A stretch of 64,000 nucleotides of DNA. Origin: the human T2T-CHM13v2.0 reference genome, Homo sapiens. The notes under the pieces are model-generated. The model was not told the origin of the DNA. It saw only the letters and a list, made by a program, of their open reading frames with translations, and searched no databases. The DNA lies in the NCBI RefSeq assembly GCF_009914755.1, contig NC_060935.1; one strand, 5' to 3'. The position numbers were made by a program, and so were the translations under genes. Shown piece after piece: positions 25,013-42,864 of the stretch (position 1 is the first letter of the stretch; every line of letters begins with the position of its first letter).

Positions 25013-27262
25013 AAAACTATAACTACAATAATTTTAATTGATACATAATATATATAAATGGAAATTGTGACATCCAACATAAAACGTGGGAGAAGATGTT
25101 AAGGTGTAGCATTTTTGTGTACAGTTAAATTTGTTATTAGCTTAAAATAAACTGTTATAACTATAAGATGTTTTATGTAAGCCCCTTGGTAACCACAAAG
25201 AGAAAACCAGCAGTAAATACATAAAAGATAACGAGAAGAGAATAAAGCATACCATTAAAGCATAAAAATTATCAAATCATGAAGGAATACACCTAGGGAG
25301 AAAGAATAAAATGAAGAAACTACAAAACAGTCAGAAAATTAACGAAATGGCAGTAGTAAATTTTTACCTATCAATACTTACTTTAAATATGAATGAATTG
25401 AATTCTCCTATCAAAATATATACAGTATATGAATGGATTAAAAAGCAAGATCCAACTATATGCTGCCTAAAAGAGATCACTTTAGCTGTAAGGACACACA
25501 TAAGCTGAAAGTGAACAGAAGGAAAAAGATATTCCATGCAAATGGTAACCAAAAGAGAGCAAGGATGGCAGTAATTGCATTAAATAAAATAGACTTTAAG
25601 TCAAAAAACTGTAAAACAAGACTAAAAAGGTTATTATATAATGATTAAGGATCAGTTTATCAAGATGATGTAACTATAAATAAATAAATACCTACTCAAT
25701 ATCAAAGCACTTAAATATGTAAAGCAAACACTACAGAAATGAATAGACAAACAGCATTCAATGATAGCAGGAGACTTCAATGCCTCACCTGCAACACTGA
25801 ATAGATCATCCAGATAGAAAACTGATAAAGATACAGTGTTGAACAACCCTATAAATCCAATAGACATATACAAAACATTTCACCTAACTGCAGCAGGATA
25901 CACATTCTTCTCAAACACACACAGAAAATTCACAAATACATGAAAACAAAGCAACACACTCCTGAACAACTAAGGGGTCAGTCAATAAAAATATCAAATA
26001 AGGAATAAAAAAACTTAATGAGATTGATATCATCATCTTGATGAGAAAGATGACAAATGAGAATGAAAATACAATATATCAAAACTGATACGATGCAGCA
26101 AAAGCAGTTTATAGGGAATTTTATAGTGATAAATGCTTACATGAGAAAAAATCTTCAATAAACAACCTAAGTTTATACTTCAAAGAAGTAGAAAAAGAAA
26201 CACCAACTAAGCCCAAAGTCAGTAGAAGATAAGTATTAATAACAAAGATCAGAACAGAAATAGATCAAACAGAAAAACAATAGGAAAATTCAAAGAAACT
26301 AAAAGTTAAATTTTTTAACATAAATAATATCGATATATCTTTAGCTAGTCTAAGACAGGCAATTCAGATATATAAAATTATAAATGAAAGAGAAAACAAT
26401 ATACTAATACCACAGAAATGCAAAAGATCATAAAGGACTACTATGAACAATTATATGCAAACAAATTGGAAAACCTAGAAGAAATAGATAAATTCCTAGA
26501 TACATACTATCCACATAGACTGAATCATGAAGAAACAGAAAATCTGAACAGAACAGTAATGAGTAAGAAGATTGAATTAGTAATCTAAAGTGTTCCATGA
26601 AAGAAAAGCCTATAACCTAGTAAATTCTATCAAACATTTAAAGAAAAAGTAATTCCAATCTTTCCTAAATTCTTCCAAAAAATTGACAAGGAAACACTTC
26701 CAAACTCATTTTTTAAGGCCAACTTTATCCTTATACTAATGCCAGTCAAGGACACTACAAGAAAAGAAAATTACAGGCCAATATCCTTGATGAACTTAGA
26801 TGCAAAAATCCTCACCAAAGTACTGGGAAACAAGATTCAACAGCATATTAAAAAAAAATTTACCATGATTAAGTAGGATTTTTCCCTTGGATGCAAGGAT
26901 AGTTCAACATACACAAATTAATAAATGTGATATAGCACATTAATGGAATAAGGGACAAATCCATATGATCATCTCAATAGACGTAGAAAAAAGATTGGAC
27001 AAAATTCAACATCATTTCATCATAAAAACTCTTAACGGATTAGGTATATAAGGAATGTACCTCAACACAATAAAGGCCATGTATGACAAGCCCAAGCTAA
27101 AATCATACTCAAATGGTGAAAAGTTGAAAGCTTTTCCTCTAAGATCAGGAATAAGAAAAGGATGCCTTCCCTTGTCATTTCTATTAAACATTTTCAAATT
27201 CCAATGACATTTTTTATAGAAAATGAAATCCTGAATTTTTTTTTCATAGAAAATAAAATCCT

Positions 27263-27558
27263 GGCCGGGTACGGTGGCTCACACTTGTAATCCCAGCACC
27301 ACGGGAGGCTGAGGAGGGCGGATCACAAGGTCAGGAGTTCAAGACCAGCCTGGCCAACATGGTGAAACCCCATCTCTACTAAAAATACAAAAATTAGCTG
27401 AGCATGGTGGTGCGTGCTTTTAATCCCAGCTACTCACAAGGCTGAGGCAGGAGAATTGCTTGAACGAGGACCCAGGAGGTGGAGGTTGCAGTGAGCCAAG
27501 ATTATGCCACTGCACTCCAGCCTAGGATACAGAGCAAGAATCTGTCTCAAAAAAAAAA
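27263..27558 (+). mobile_element. AluS (AluSg-like)
   Basis: ggatcacaaggtcaggagttcaagaccagcctggccaacatgg; poly-A; TSD ending aaaatcct. Confidence 0.9.
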
Positions 27559-28004
27559 ATCCTAAAATTCATAAAATTCATCTGGAATCACAAATGACTC
27601 CAAATAGTCATCTTGAGCGATCTTGAGCAAAAAGAACAAAACTAGAGGCATTGTTCTCCTAATTTCAAAATATACTACAGAGCTATAGTAATCAAAACAG
27701 CATGATACTAGAATAAAAGCAGACATATAGACCAATGGAATAGAATAGAGAGCCCAGAATAAATCCATTCATTTACAATCAATTGCTCTTTAACAAAGCT
27801 GACAAGAACACACAATGGAGAAAGGACAGTGCCTTCAATAAATGATGTCAAGAAAACTGGGTATCCATGAGGAAAATAATGAAATTAGTCCCTAATATCA
27901 TACCATATACAAAAATCAACTCCAAATGGATTAAAGACTTAAATGTAAGACCTTTAAATGGGTGTATGGATAAAGAAAATACAGTGTGTATGGGTGTATA
28001 CATA

Positions 28005-28006
<2 letters not shown>

Positions 28007-28046
<40 letters not shown>
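28007..28046. repeat. (CA)n microsatellite, about 20 units
   Basis: Seen directly. Confidence 0.97.
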
Positions 28047-28047
<1 letters not shown>

Positions 28048-29209
28048 AGAATACTATTCAGCCTTAAACAAAATAAAAAACAAAAGAAAGAAATTCTACC
28101 ATTTACCACAACACGGATATTGAGGATTTTTGCATCAGATCATTATTGGGGTTCAAGATAAAAACAGTTTAACCTGTTCGTCAGAATCATGGATTCCACA
28201 TTATACTCTGTGTAATACTATTAAAGATCCCCTCCGATTAAGCACCTCACTTTATACTCACTACCTGGATATTAAGGTTTTGTAGAAGCCTCTAAAATTG
28301 TGTGAAGCAAAAATTCATACAATAAGCAACGTACACGGTATTGCAGGAAAACAAAAATACCTCTGTAAAAATATCTCACTCTCACTTTAAAACTGCAGAG
28401 GACAGCCTTGAAGTCTAGAATGTCTAATTAATTTGCTTAATGTCACAAATCAAGTAAAAAATAAGAGGGAGGAGGATATGGAGAGTTTTGAGAGAAATAC
28501 TGTAATTTCATTTACCGTTTTGTGTTCTGACTACAAACCCTCTTTCCTTCTTTAATGTAGTCATAGAAATATTCCCCTGCTTTCTATTTGATAGTGTGTG
28601 CCTGTTTTGTACATCCTTCTTGAATCAGGCAGTCTACTGAGATTTTCACTCAAGACTCCATATTTCTTTCTGATAACGAGCTGAATTGTTAGAGGCAAGG
28701 TGGGAGTTTCTCAAGCAAACAAATGAAATAGTTGGAAAGACCCTCACTGAGGTCACAAAGCAGGCCCTCCAGAAGATTGGTCTTTATCTCTAACCTCTTT
28801 TTGAAGATAGGCAAGAATAAAGAGTGCTTCTTAAGACAGCGTATGTGGGTATGTGGGTGGTGGCTGCAGTGGCGGCAGAGCTGCATGTCAGCATGTTGAT
28901 TCAGTAGAAGTACACAAGTTTTGCCAAGGCAAAGCAGACAGAAAGGAGGCTGCTAGTTCCAGGGCGAAGCTGGAATCAGGTGCTGGAAATTTTTTCTATC
29001 CCTCGATGGGGCAAGAAAGCAGCTCTTGCCTCCTTCTTTGAATAACTACTTAACAAGTCCATTAGCAGTTGAAGTGAATACGTCTCTACATGGCTTTCTT
29101 TTCAGTGAACAAAGAATCATCCTGATTCTTGTTTCTTCCAGTGGTGAAGGCCAAGGCAGGGAGGAATTGTGAGCAGTCACTGAAACAAGTAAAGATGCCT
29201 GGCTTTATT

Positions 29210-29520
29210 AGTTAATTTGCAGACATTTATTAAGTATCCTAATGTACAACAAGCACACTGCACTAGGCTTCATAGAGAAGGACAAACATAACAGCAATTA
29301 CTATTGCTAAATTTATTATGCATTTACATATATGAGTCACTGTGCTAATGATTTTATGTGTATTATATTTTATTAATTTTAATACAATATTTTGAGTAGG
29401 TGTTATTCACATTTCCCAGATGATAAAATAGAGACTTAAATGGAGACAAAAATATAATAAGTGACAAAGCCAGGATTGGAAACTAGTTTTGTTTAATTCC
29501 AGTGTCTAAACATTATTCTA
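29210..29520 (-). mobile_element. L2 tail followed by MIR
   Basis: cagacatttattaagtatcctaatgt (L2); cacatttcccagatgataaaatagagac (reverse MIR core). Confidence 0.6.
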
Positions 29521-29813
29521 AACGCTTTTAAAAGAGACAAAGCAGTTCCTAATCTCAAAGCAATGTTTTTTTGATTTTTTCTTTTTTTTTTTTTGATCCT
29601 TTTTTTTTTTTATACTTTAAGTTTTAGGGTACATGTGCACATTGTGCAGGTTAGTTACATATGTATACATGTGCCATGCTGGTGTGCTGCACCCACTAAC
29701 TCGTCATATAGCATTAGGTATATCTCCCAATGCTATCCCTCCCCCCTCCCCCAACCCGACAACAGTCCCCAGAGTGTGATGTTCCCCTTCCTGTGTCCAT
29801 GTGATCTCATTGT

Positions 29814-33653
<3,840 letters not shown>

Positions 33654-33701
33654 TTATTTTGCTCGTTAGTTGATGCAGTTTCTTCCTAGTCTCGATGGTC
33701 T

Positions 33702-34718
33702 TTACATTTTGGCATGATTTTGCAGCGGCTGGTACCGGTTGTTCCTTTCCATGTTTAGCACTTCCTTCAGGAGCTCTTTTAGGGCAGGCCTGGTGGTGAC
33801 AAAATCTCTCAGCATTTGCTTGTCTGTAAAGTATTTAATTTCTCCTTCACTTATGAAGCTTAGTTTGGCTGGATATGAAATTCTGGGTTGAAAATTCTTT
33901 TCTTTAAGAATGTTGAATATTGGCTCCCACTCTCTTCTGGCTTGTAGGGTTTCTGCCAAGAGATCCACTGTTAGTCTGATGGGCTTCCCTTTGTGGGTAA
34001 CCCGACCTTTCTCTCTGGCTGCCCTTAACATTTTTTCCTTCATTTCAACTTTGGTGAATCTGATAATTATGTGTCTTGGAGTTGCTCTTCTCAAGGAGTA
34101 TCTTTGTGGCGTTCTCCATATTTCCTGAATCTGAATGTTGGCCTGCCTTGCTAGATTGGGGAAGTTCTCCTGGATAATATCCTGCAGAGTGTTTTCCAAC
34201 TTGGTTCCATTCTCCCCATAACTTTCAGGTACACCAGTCAGACGTAGATTTGGTCTTTTCACATAGTCCCATATTTCTTGGAGGCTTTGCTCGTTTCTTT
34301 TTATTCTTTTTTCTCTAAACTTCCCTTCTCGCTTCATTTCATTCATTTCATCTTCCATTGCTGATACCCTTTCTTCCAGTTGATTGCATCGGCTCCTGAG
34401 GCTTCTGCATTCTTCACGTAGTTCTCGAGCCTTGGTTTTCAGCTCCATCAGCTCCTTTAAGCACTTCTCTGTATTGGTTATTCTATTTATACATTCTTCT
34501 AAATTTTTTTCAAAGTTTTCAACTCCTTTGCCTTTGGTTTGAATGTCCTCCCATAGCTCAGAGTAATTTGATCATCTAAAGCCTTCTTCTCTCAGCTTGT
34601 CAAAGTCATTCTCCGTCCAGCTTTTTTCCGTTGCTGGTGAGGAACTGCGTTCCTTTGGAGGAGGAGAGGCGCTCTGCTTTTTAGAGTTTCCAGTTTTTCT
34701 GTTCTGTTTTTTCCCCAT
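33702..34718 (-). pseudogene. L1 ORF1 (RNA-binding chaperone) with nonsense codon 49
   Basis: ATG at 34718, 1017-bp frame; TGA at 34572-34574 (CGA in consensus); downstream 248 aa open with REKG, ARR and YPAKLS motifs. Confidence 0.95.
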
Positions 34719-35625
34719 CTTTGTGGTTTTATCTACTTTTGGTCTTTGATGATGGTGATGTACAGATGGGTTTTTGGTGTGGATGTCCTTTCTGTTTGTT
34801 ATTTTTCCTTCTAACAGACAGGACCCTCAGCTGCAGGTCTGTTGAAGTACCCTGCCGTGTGAGGTGTCAGTGTGCCCCTGCTGGGGGGTGCCTCCCAGTT
34901 AGGCTGCTCGGGGGTCAGGGGTCAGGGACCCATTTGAGGAGGCAGTCTGCCCGTTCTCAGATCTCCAGCTGCGTGCTGGGAGAACCACTGCTCTCTTCAA
35001 AGCTGTCAGACAGGGACATTTAAGTCTGCAGAGGTTACTGCTGTCTTTTTGTTTGTCTGTGCCCTTACCCCAGAGGTGGAGCCTACAGAGGCACGCAGGC
35101 CTCCTTGAGCTGTGGTGGGCTCCACCCAGTTCGAGCTTCCCGGCTGCTTTGTTTACCTAAGCACGCCTGGGCAATGGTGGGCGCCCCTCCCCCAGCCTCG
35201 CTGCCGCCTTGCAGTTTGATCTCAGACTGCTGTGCTAGCAGTCAGCGAGACTCCGTGGGCATAGGACCCTCCGAGCTAGGTGCAGGATATAATCTTGTGG
35301 TGCGCCGTTTTTTAAGCCCGTCGGAAAAGCGCAGTATTCGGGTGAGAGCGACCCGATTTTCCAGGTGCCATCCGTCACCCCTTTCTTTGACTAGGAAAGG
35401 GAACTCCCTGACCCCTTGTGCTTCCGGAGTGAGGCAATGCCTCACCCTGCTTCGGCTCGCGCACGGTGCACGCACCCACTGACCTGCGCCCACTGTCTGG
35501 CACTCTCTAGTGAGATGAACCCAGTACCTCAGATGGAAATGCAGAAATCACCCGTCTTCTGCATCGCTCATGCTGGGAGCTGTAGACCGGAGCTGTTCCT
35601 ATTCCGCCATCTTGGCTCCTCCCTC
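34719..35625 (-). promoter_or_regulatory. L1 5'UTR with internal sense and antisense promoters; YY1 site at 35604-35613
   Basis: 907-bp CpG-containing 5'UTR; CCGCCATCTT matches YY1 consensus CCGCCATNTT. Confidence 0.85.
35174..35482 (+). CDS. LINE-1 antisense ORF0 homologue, 102 aa (expression unknown)
   Basis: MVGAPPPASLPPCSLISDCCASSQRDSVG... matches recalled primate ORF0; ATG context gcaATGg. Confidence 0.6.
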   Translation: MVGAPPPASLPPCSLISDCCASSQRDSVGIGPSELGAGYNLVVRRFLSPSEKRSIRVRATRFSRCHPSPLSLTRKGNSLTPCASGVRQCLTLLRLAHGARTH

Positions 35626-36099
35626 GATTTTTTCTTTTTAGTATAGTTAGCTACCCACTAGATTGCCAGGCAGTCAGAATTAGCAATATACCTCAGAGTT
35701 TGAGAAAATTTTGATATTCTTTTGGTTTCCGTATCACCCTTTTCTATGAAGTTTTGAAGAGCTTCTCAGTTGTAAGGGGAATGCCACTGGTAGGGACCAT
35801 CCTTTCCTCAGTTCTCCTGCATTCAGTGATTTTATGTTCAACCCATACCCTCCCCTCAGTTCACAGAAGTAGACTCAAGGGGAAGTTCCATGGATAAAAT
35901 TTATGCAAGTAAGTGATTCACCATATTAGACAAGGTTGAAATTCAGAATCTAAAATGGGTTAGCTCTAAATAAGGTTGCTAAATTAAGCTCATGTCTGTT
36001 AATAGGGGCTGCCTGATAATCAGAAATGTGCTGGGCTTAGCAATAACTGTGACTAAGTTATAATGTTAGAACTACTTAGTAAATGACTGTTTTATTTAT

Positions 36100-37873
36100 A
36101 TTTGTACACATACACACATATATAATATATACATATACACTCAACATATATATGTATATACATATATTTATATATACATATATTTATATGTTGAGTATAT
36201 ATACTTTGTATATATTATACATATATGTATATATTTATATGTTGAGTATTTATATTACATGTATTTATACATTTATATGTTGAGTATATATACTTGAGTA
36301 TATATACTTTGTATATATTATACATATATTATATATTATATATGTATATGTACATATACATATATACGTATGTACATATACACATATATACATTTATACA
36401 TATACACATATATACATTTGTACATATGTATATATGTACATATGTACATATACGTATATGTACATATATACGTATACATGTACATATATGTATATATGTA
36501 TATATTTATTATACATATATGTATATATTTATATATTTATTATACATATATGTATATATTTATATGTTGAGTATTTATATGTTGAGTATATATACTCAAC
36601 ATATAAATACATACATATATGTATAATATATACAAAGTATATATACTTGAGTATATACAAAGTATATATAATATACACTTTGTATATATACTTGTATATA
36701 TACTTGAGTATATATACTTTGTATATATTATACATATATGTATATATTTATATGGTGAGTATTTGTATATATACTCAACATACAAATATACGTATATGTA
36801 TGTATATATGTATATTTGTATGTTGAGTATATATAAAAATATGTATATACATATATTTATATGTTGCGTATATATACTTTGTATATATTATACATATATT
36901 TATATATTTATATGTTGAGTATATATACTTTGTATATATGTATACATATACACATATTTATATGTTGAGTATATATACTTTGTATATATTATATATGTAT
37001 ATAATTATATGTTGAGTATTTATATTACATGTATTTATATATTTATGTTTAGTATTTATATATACTTGAGTATATATACTTTGTATAATACATACATTAT
37101 ATATTTATTATATATGTATATATGTACATATACATATATACATATATACGTACGTACGTATATACATGTATATATACGTACGTACGTATATATACATGTA
37201 TATATACGTATGTACATATATACATGTACATGTACATATATATGTATATATGTATATATTTATTATACATATATGTATATATTTATTTGTTGAGTATTTA
37301 TATATACTCAACATATAAATATATACATATATGTATAATATATACAAAGTATATATACAAAGTATATATTATATATACTTTGTATATACTCAAGTATATA
37401 TACTTTGTATATATTATACATATATGTATATATTTATATGTTGAGTATTTATACTCAACATATAAATATATGTATATACATATATGTATATATTTATATG
37501 GTGAGTATTTGTATATATACTCAACATACAAATATACGTATATGTATGTATATATGTATATTTGTATGTTTAGTATATATAAAAATATGTATATACATAT
37601 ATATGTTGAGTATATATACTTTGTATATATGTATATATACACACATATATTTATATGTTGAGTATATATACTCTGTATATATTATATATGTATATATTTA
37701 TATGTTGAGTATATATTATATATTTATATATTTATATGTTGAGTATTTATATATACTTGAGTATATATATACACATCTGTATATATTTATATGTCGAGTA
37801 TATAAATACTCGACATATAAATATATAATACTCAACATATATATATGTATATACATAAATATGTATATATTTA
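36100..37873. repeat. Complex TA-rich satellite with TATGTTGAGTAT core in both orientations
   Basis: ~1.8 kb of alternating purine-pyrimidine sequence; about 35 TTGAGTA/ACTCAA-type cores; internal hairpins; ~750-770 bp higher-order duplication. Confidence 0.95.
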
Positions 37874-40548
37874 TATGTTGAGTATTTCTTTTCCAAAATG
37901 CTTGGGACCAGAAGTGTTTTAGATTTTGGATTTTTTTATATTTTGGAATATTTGCATATATATAATGAGATATATTGGGGATAGGACCCAAGCCTAAATA
38001 GGAAATTTATTTATGTTTTATATATACTTTATACACTGAAACTGAAGGTAACTTTGTATAACATTTTAAATAATCTTGTGCATGAAACGCAGTTTGTGTG
38101 CACTGAAGCATCAGAAAGCAAAGGTGTCACTCTCTCATCCACTCATCCATGTGGACAACCTGTGATTGTATGGCATCACCATCATTCTGACTGAATGTAC
38201 ATGCTACCAACAGCAAACATTTTTTACACTATTTACGCTTAAGTACTTAACAGTAAAAAATATGGCATATTTTTAATATAGTGAAAAAATAATATGTTGA
38301 GGATAAGTAAGTAGCATGGTAACATCGCCAGAATACCTGTGTTAGCTGTCCAACAACAAACAACACCAGGCTTTCCATCACCACCTGCGATACTGTATGT
38401 GGATTAAAAGGTTACCGTAAACTGGATTTTATTTTTGTAGATGAAAAAGAAACATCAGAAGCAGTTGAGCAACTAGGAAATGAGTCTTCTAAGAATGAGA
38501 AGTAATTCCCTGGATACTTTTAAAATGTTTCCTCTGGAGTCATGTCTTATTAATGGTTTTTGTCTTAGGGATTCCTTTTGACTTTATAAACTGACATGAT
38601 TTCTTGTTCTGTTATAAATGTATGCTGTTCTAGTTTTTCAATAAGCCCATCACACATTTTCACCATGTCATCTATAGGCATTTTTTCTGCAGCATTAACA
38701 ACATCTTCATCGTCTCTACTATCAGAATCACCTTGATTCAGAACCATTTCAACTATTTCACCATCTGTCAATGAGTAAACAATTGAGCATCATTATCAAT
38801 GTTAATAATTTCTCTGATATCCACTTATTCCAGCTTACTGATGGACTCTGAAAGTATATTTTTTGCATATGTAAGGAGGGCAGACTTTTTTCCTCACTTG
38901 ACAGATGTAATCCTTCGAAGTCACAATCTTGTTCATCATCATCACTGAGCATAGTCGCAGGCCAGGGTTGTGCCAGGCATGCACACTGTGTCTTTAGTCC
39001 CTGTGTTCCAAGCATTGGTAACAGAATATACACCATCTTTCATGTTAAACTCCTTTTGAAAACCTTCCACACCAACGCCTCTGTTCACAGTTGCTGGCAT
39101 GCTATTCAAGAAAGTGTTTTTATATTTACACTTCATTGATCTAAGGATACCCTAGTCACACGGCTAAATTAATGAAGTCACATTTGGGGGAAAGTACATG
39201 GCATAAACATTTTTTTTATGATAATTCCAGCTGGAGGATGAGCAGGACAATTTTCAAAGTATAACAAAATCTTGCAGTTGTTACCCTGTCCTTCCCTGCA
39301 GTAAGCACATCCCACTGGTACAAATTGTTTGTGAAACCAATTAGAAAAGATGTCCCTGGTGATCCATGCCTTTTAGTTAGCATAATAATGGACTGGTAAA
39401 AAAAAATCATACCTTGAAAACAGCAAGGACGCAATTACCTATCACAGTAAGTTTACAAGTATATGTGCCTGCTGCATTAACACATCCCAGCTCAGTTATT
39501 CTGTCTTTGGCATCCTTAATTTCTATAGGAGCTGTTTCTTCAACTATAGTCAGTATCTTTCTGGGGCAATAACACCAAAATAGTGATGCTTCATTAGTAT
39601 TATAGACTTAATCTGTCTGCAGAATTTCATTAGGGATGATCTTGGCAAACTCATCAATGAATTTCTCCACTGTTTCATAATCAGCAGACGTTTTTTCACC
39701 ACAAATCTTTAAAATTTAATTCTATGTCTTTTTAAAAATTTCTGCAATCAGCCTGTTGAATATAGTTCCCTTCAATGTTCAGTTCGTTCTAATAGATCTT
39801 GCTTGTTTTATGATCAGTATACTCTTAAGTGGTATGTGTTCATCGTGACACTGATGGAGTCACTCTTTTAATACACAATCAAAATCTTCATTTTTTAGCT
39901 TTATGCAGTGTTTTTCTATTTTTCATTAACTTCTGCTAATCACTTGCAACATAAAACCTCAACAGTTTATCATTCTGTTATACGGTTGTCATTCCGACAC
40001 TACACTCTTCTGTGTTTCACATTTATATTACTGTCCACTTTCTCCAACAGCTTGACTTTCTGTGCTACAGGTAAACATAAATCCTTCCTCATTTTCTCAT
40101 CACTGTTAACCATAGGGGTATCTACAGGCTTATTTCAACATTTTAAACAGTATCCTTCTACTACAGAACAGAGAGTAAGCAAAAAACACAGTGAGTAACG
40201 AACATAGGTCTTGGACCCATGTGAGGCAACTTAGGGAACCTGCCATTGGTGCATCCAGCCTGCACATGTGCCATTTTATTATTCTTTGTAGTGTACTTGT
40301 GTAGAGGAATCAGGGAGGGCATAGAAAAATATATCACAGCTGAAGACGGCTGAGAGGGTCTTTTTTCCTTTGGGGATGCTGAGGAAACTGTGTACACTGT
40401 GTATTGTACACCTGTATTCTGACTGTGACCTATCACATGAAGTCAGGTCTGGAATTTTCCACTTGCAGCGTCATGTCAGCCCTCAAAAAGTCTCAGAGTT
40501 TGGAGCATTTCAGACTTCAAATTTTTGGATTAGGGATGTTAAAATATG
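37874..40548 (-). mobile_element. Tigger4 (Zombi) TcMar DNA transposon, near full length (~2.68 kb)
   Basis: Left end tatgttgagtatttcttttccaaaatgcttgggaccagaagtg; right end ttttggattagggatgttaaaatatg; flanking TA dinucleotides. Confidence 0.9.
38440..40141 (-). pseudogene. Degenerate Tigger4 transposase (pogo/CENP-B/Jerky-like)
   Basis: N-terminal remnant AQKVKLLEKVD after ATG at 40141; C-terminal fragment DGEIVEMVLNQGD...DDMVKMCDGLIEKLEQ (38565-38771); many stops and frameshifts. Confidence 0.8.
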
Positions 40549-40849
40549 TATAAATATTCAGGTATTTTTAGGAATCAGTCAAGCATATATCGAAACACAT
40601 TTAATAATGAGTTCTAATGATCTATCCACTTGAAGCTTCCAAAGCTATCTCAATGCTTGCATTATTTTATTCACTTATTATTTATGGGGCTCTTAGGTCT
40701 TAGGCATAGTATGAAGCTTTAAAGAAACAAGTAAAAAATGTGTTGTTCCTGTCCTCAGGGATTTCACTTGCCATTTAATAGTATCTTTAAATACAAATCT
40801 CTGCTTTTCTCTTTGTCATTTTAATATAATTTGTAACACATTTTCAGTT

Positions 40850-42420
<1,571 letters not shown>

Positions 42421-42864
42421 GTTTAACTTGGGTTTGGTATGTCACCTCAAAATAAACTGATAGTAAATCAAAGTTTTTCCCCAAAAAATGTTATTTTAGT
42501 AGATTTTAGTAAAGTTTTTGAATAAATGAATGAACTATAAGCAACAGATTGAAGATTCCAAAATCTGTGTTTTTAAATATCAGGTATGCAAACAAAATGA
42601 AATGCATTCTTAATGAAATTCCTGATAGCAGCATTTGACATGTTATTCACTTTGAAAATTGGATAGGAAGAAAAGCTATGTTGCTGAAATTTTGATCATG
42701 CCTGTATTGTTATAATAGATCCATAGCTAGCCTCTGAGTCTTTAAGTTCCGCACAGTGCTACCAGAATAATTTACCCTAATTATTACTTTTGTCTTGTTG
42801 CATGGCTGATTAGATACTTTCAAAGATTATGGACTTCTGAACACATCACATCAAAACACCTCCC

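Larger units (their letters stand above)
23578..28120 (+). mobile_element. Old L1 (L1MA/L1M2-like) ORF1-ORF2, with internal deletions and nested L1PA and Alu
   Basis: EN fragments LTLNMNELNSPIK...WIKKQDPTICCLKE (25311-25508); late ORF2 [17 protein letters not shown] (27867-); many stops. Confidence 0.85.

Noticed and set aside
27208-27262. ~30-bp tandem duplication just before the Alu; similar short duplications at ~2482-2518 and ~10876-10913
   Set aside because: Common short slippage duplications with no further structure
36100-37873. Repeat-spacer appearance reminiscent of a CRISPR array
   Set aside because: Primate DNA; spacers are low-complexity TA runs of irregular length; cores occur in both orientations; no cas genes
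36083-37991. Many overlapping Tyr/Ile/His/Met-rich ORFs up to 179 aa
   Set aside because: Alternating TA/CA/TG sequence rarely contains stop codons; these are translations of the satellite
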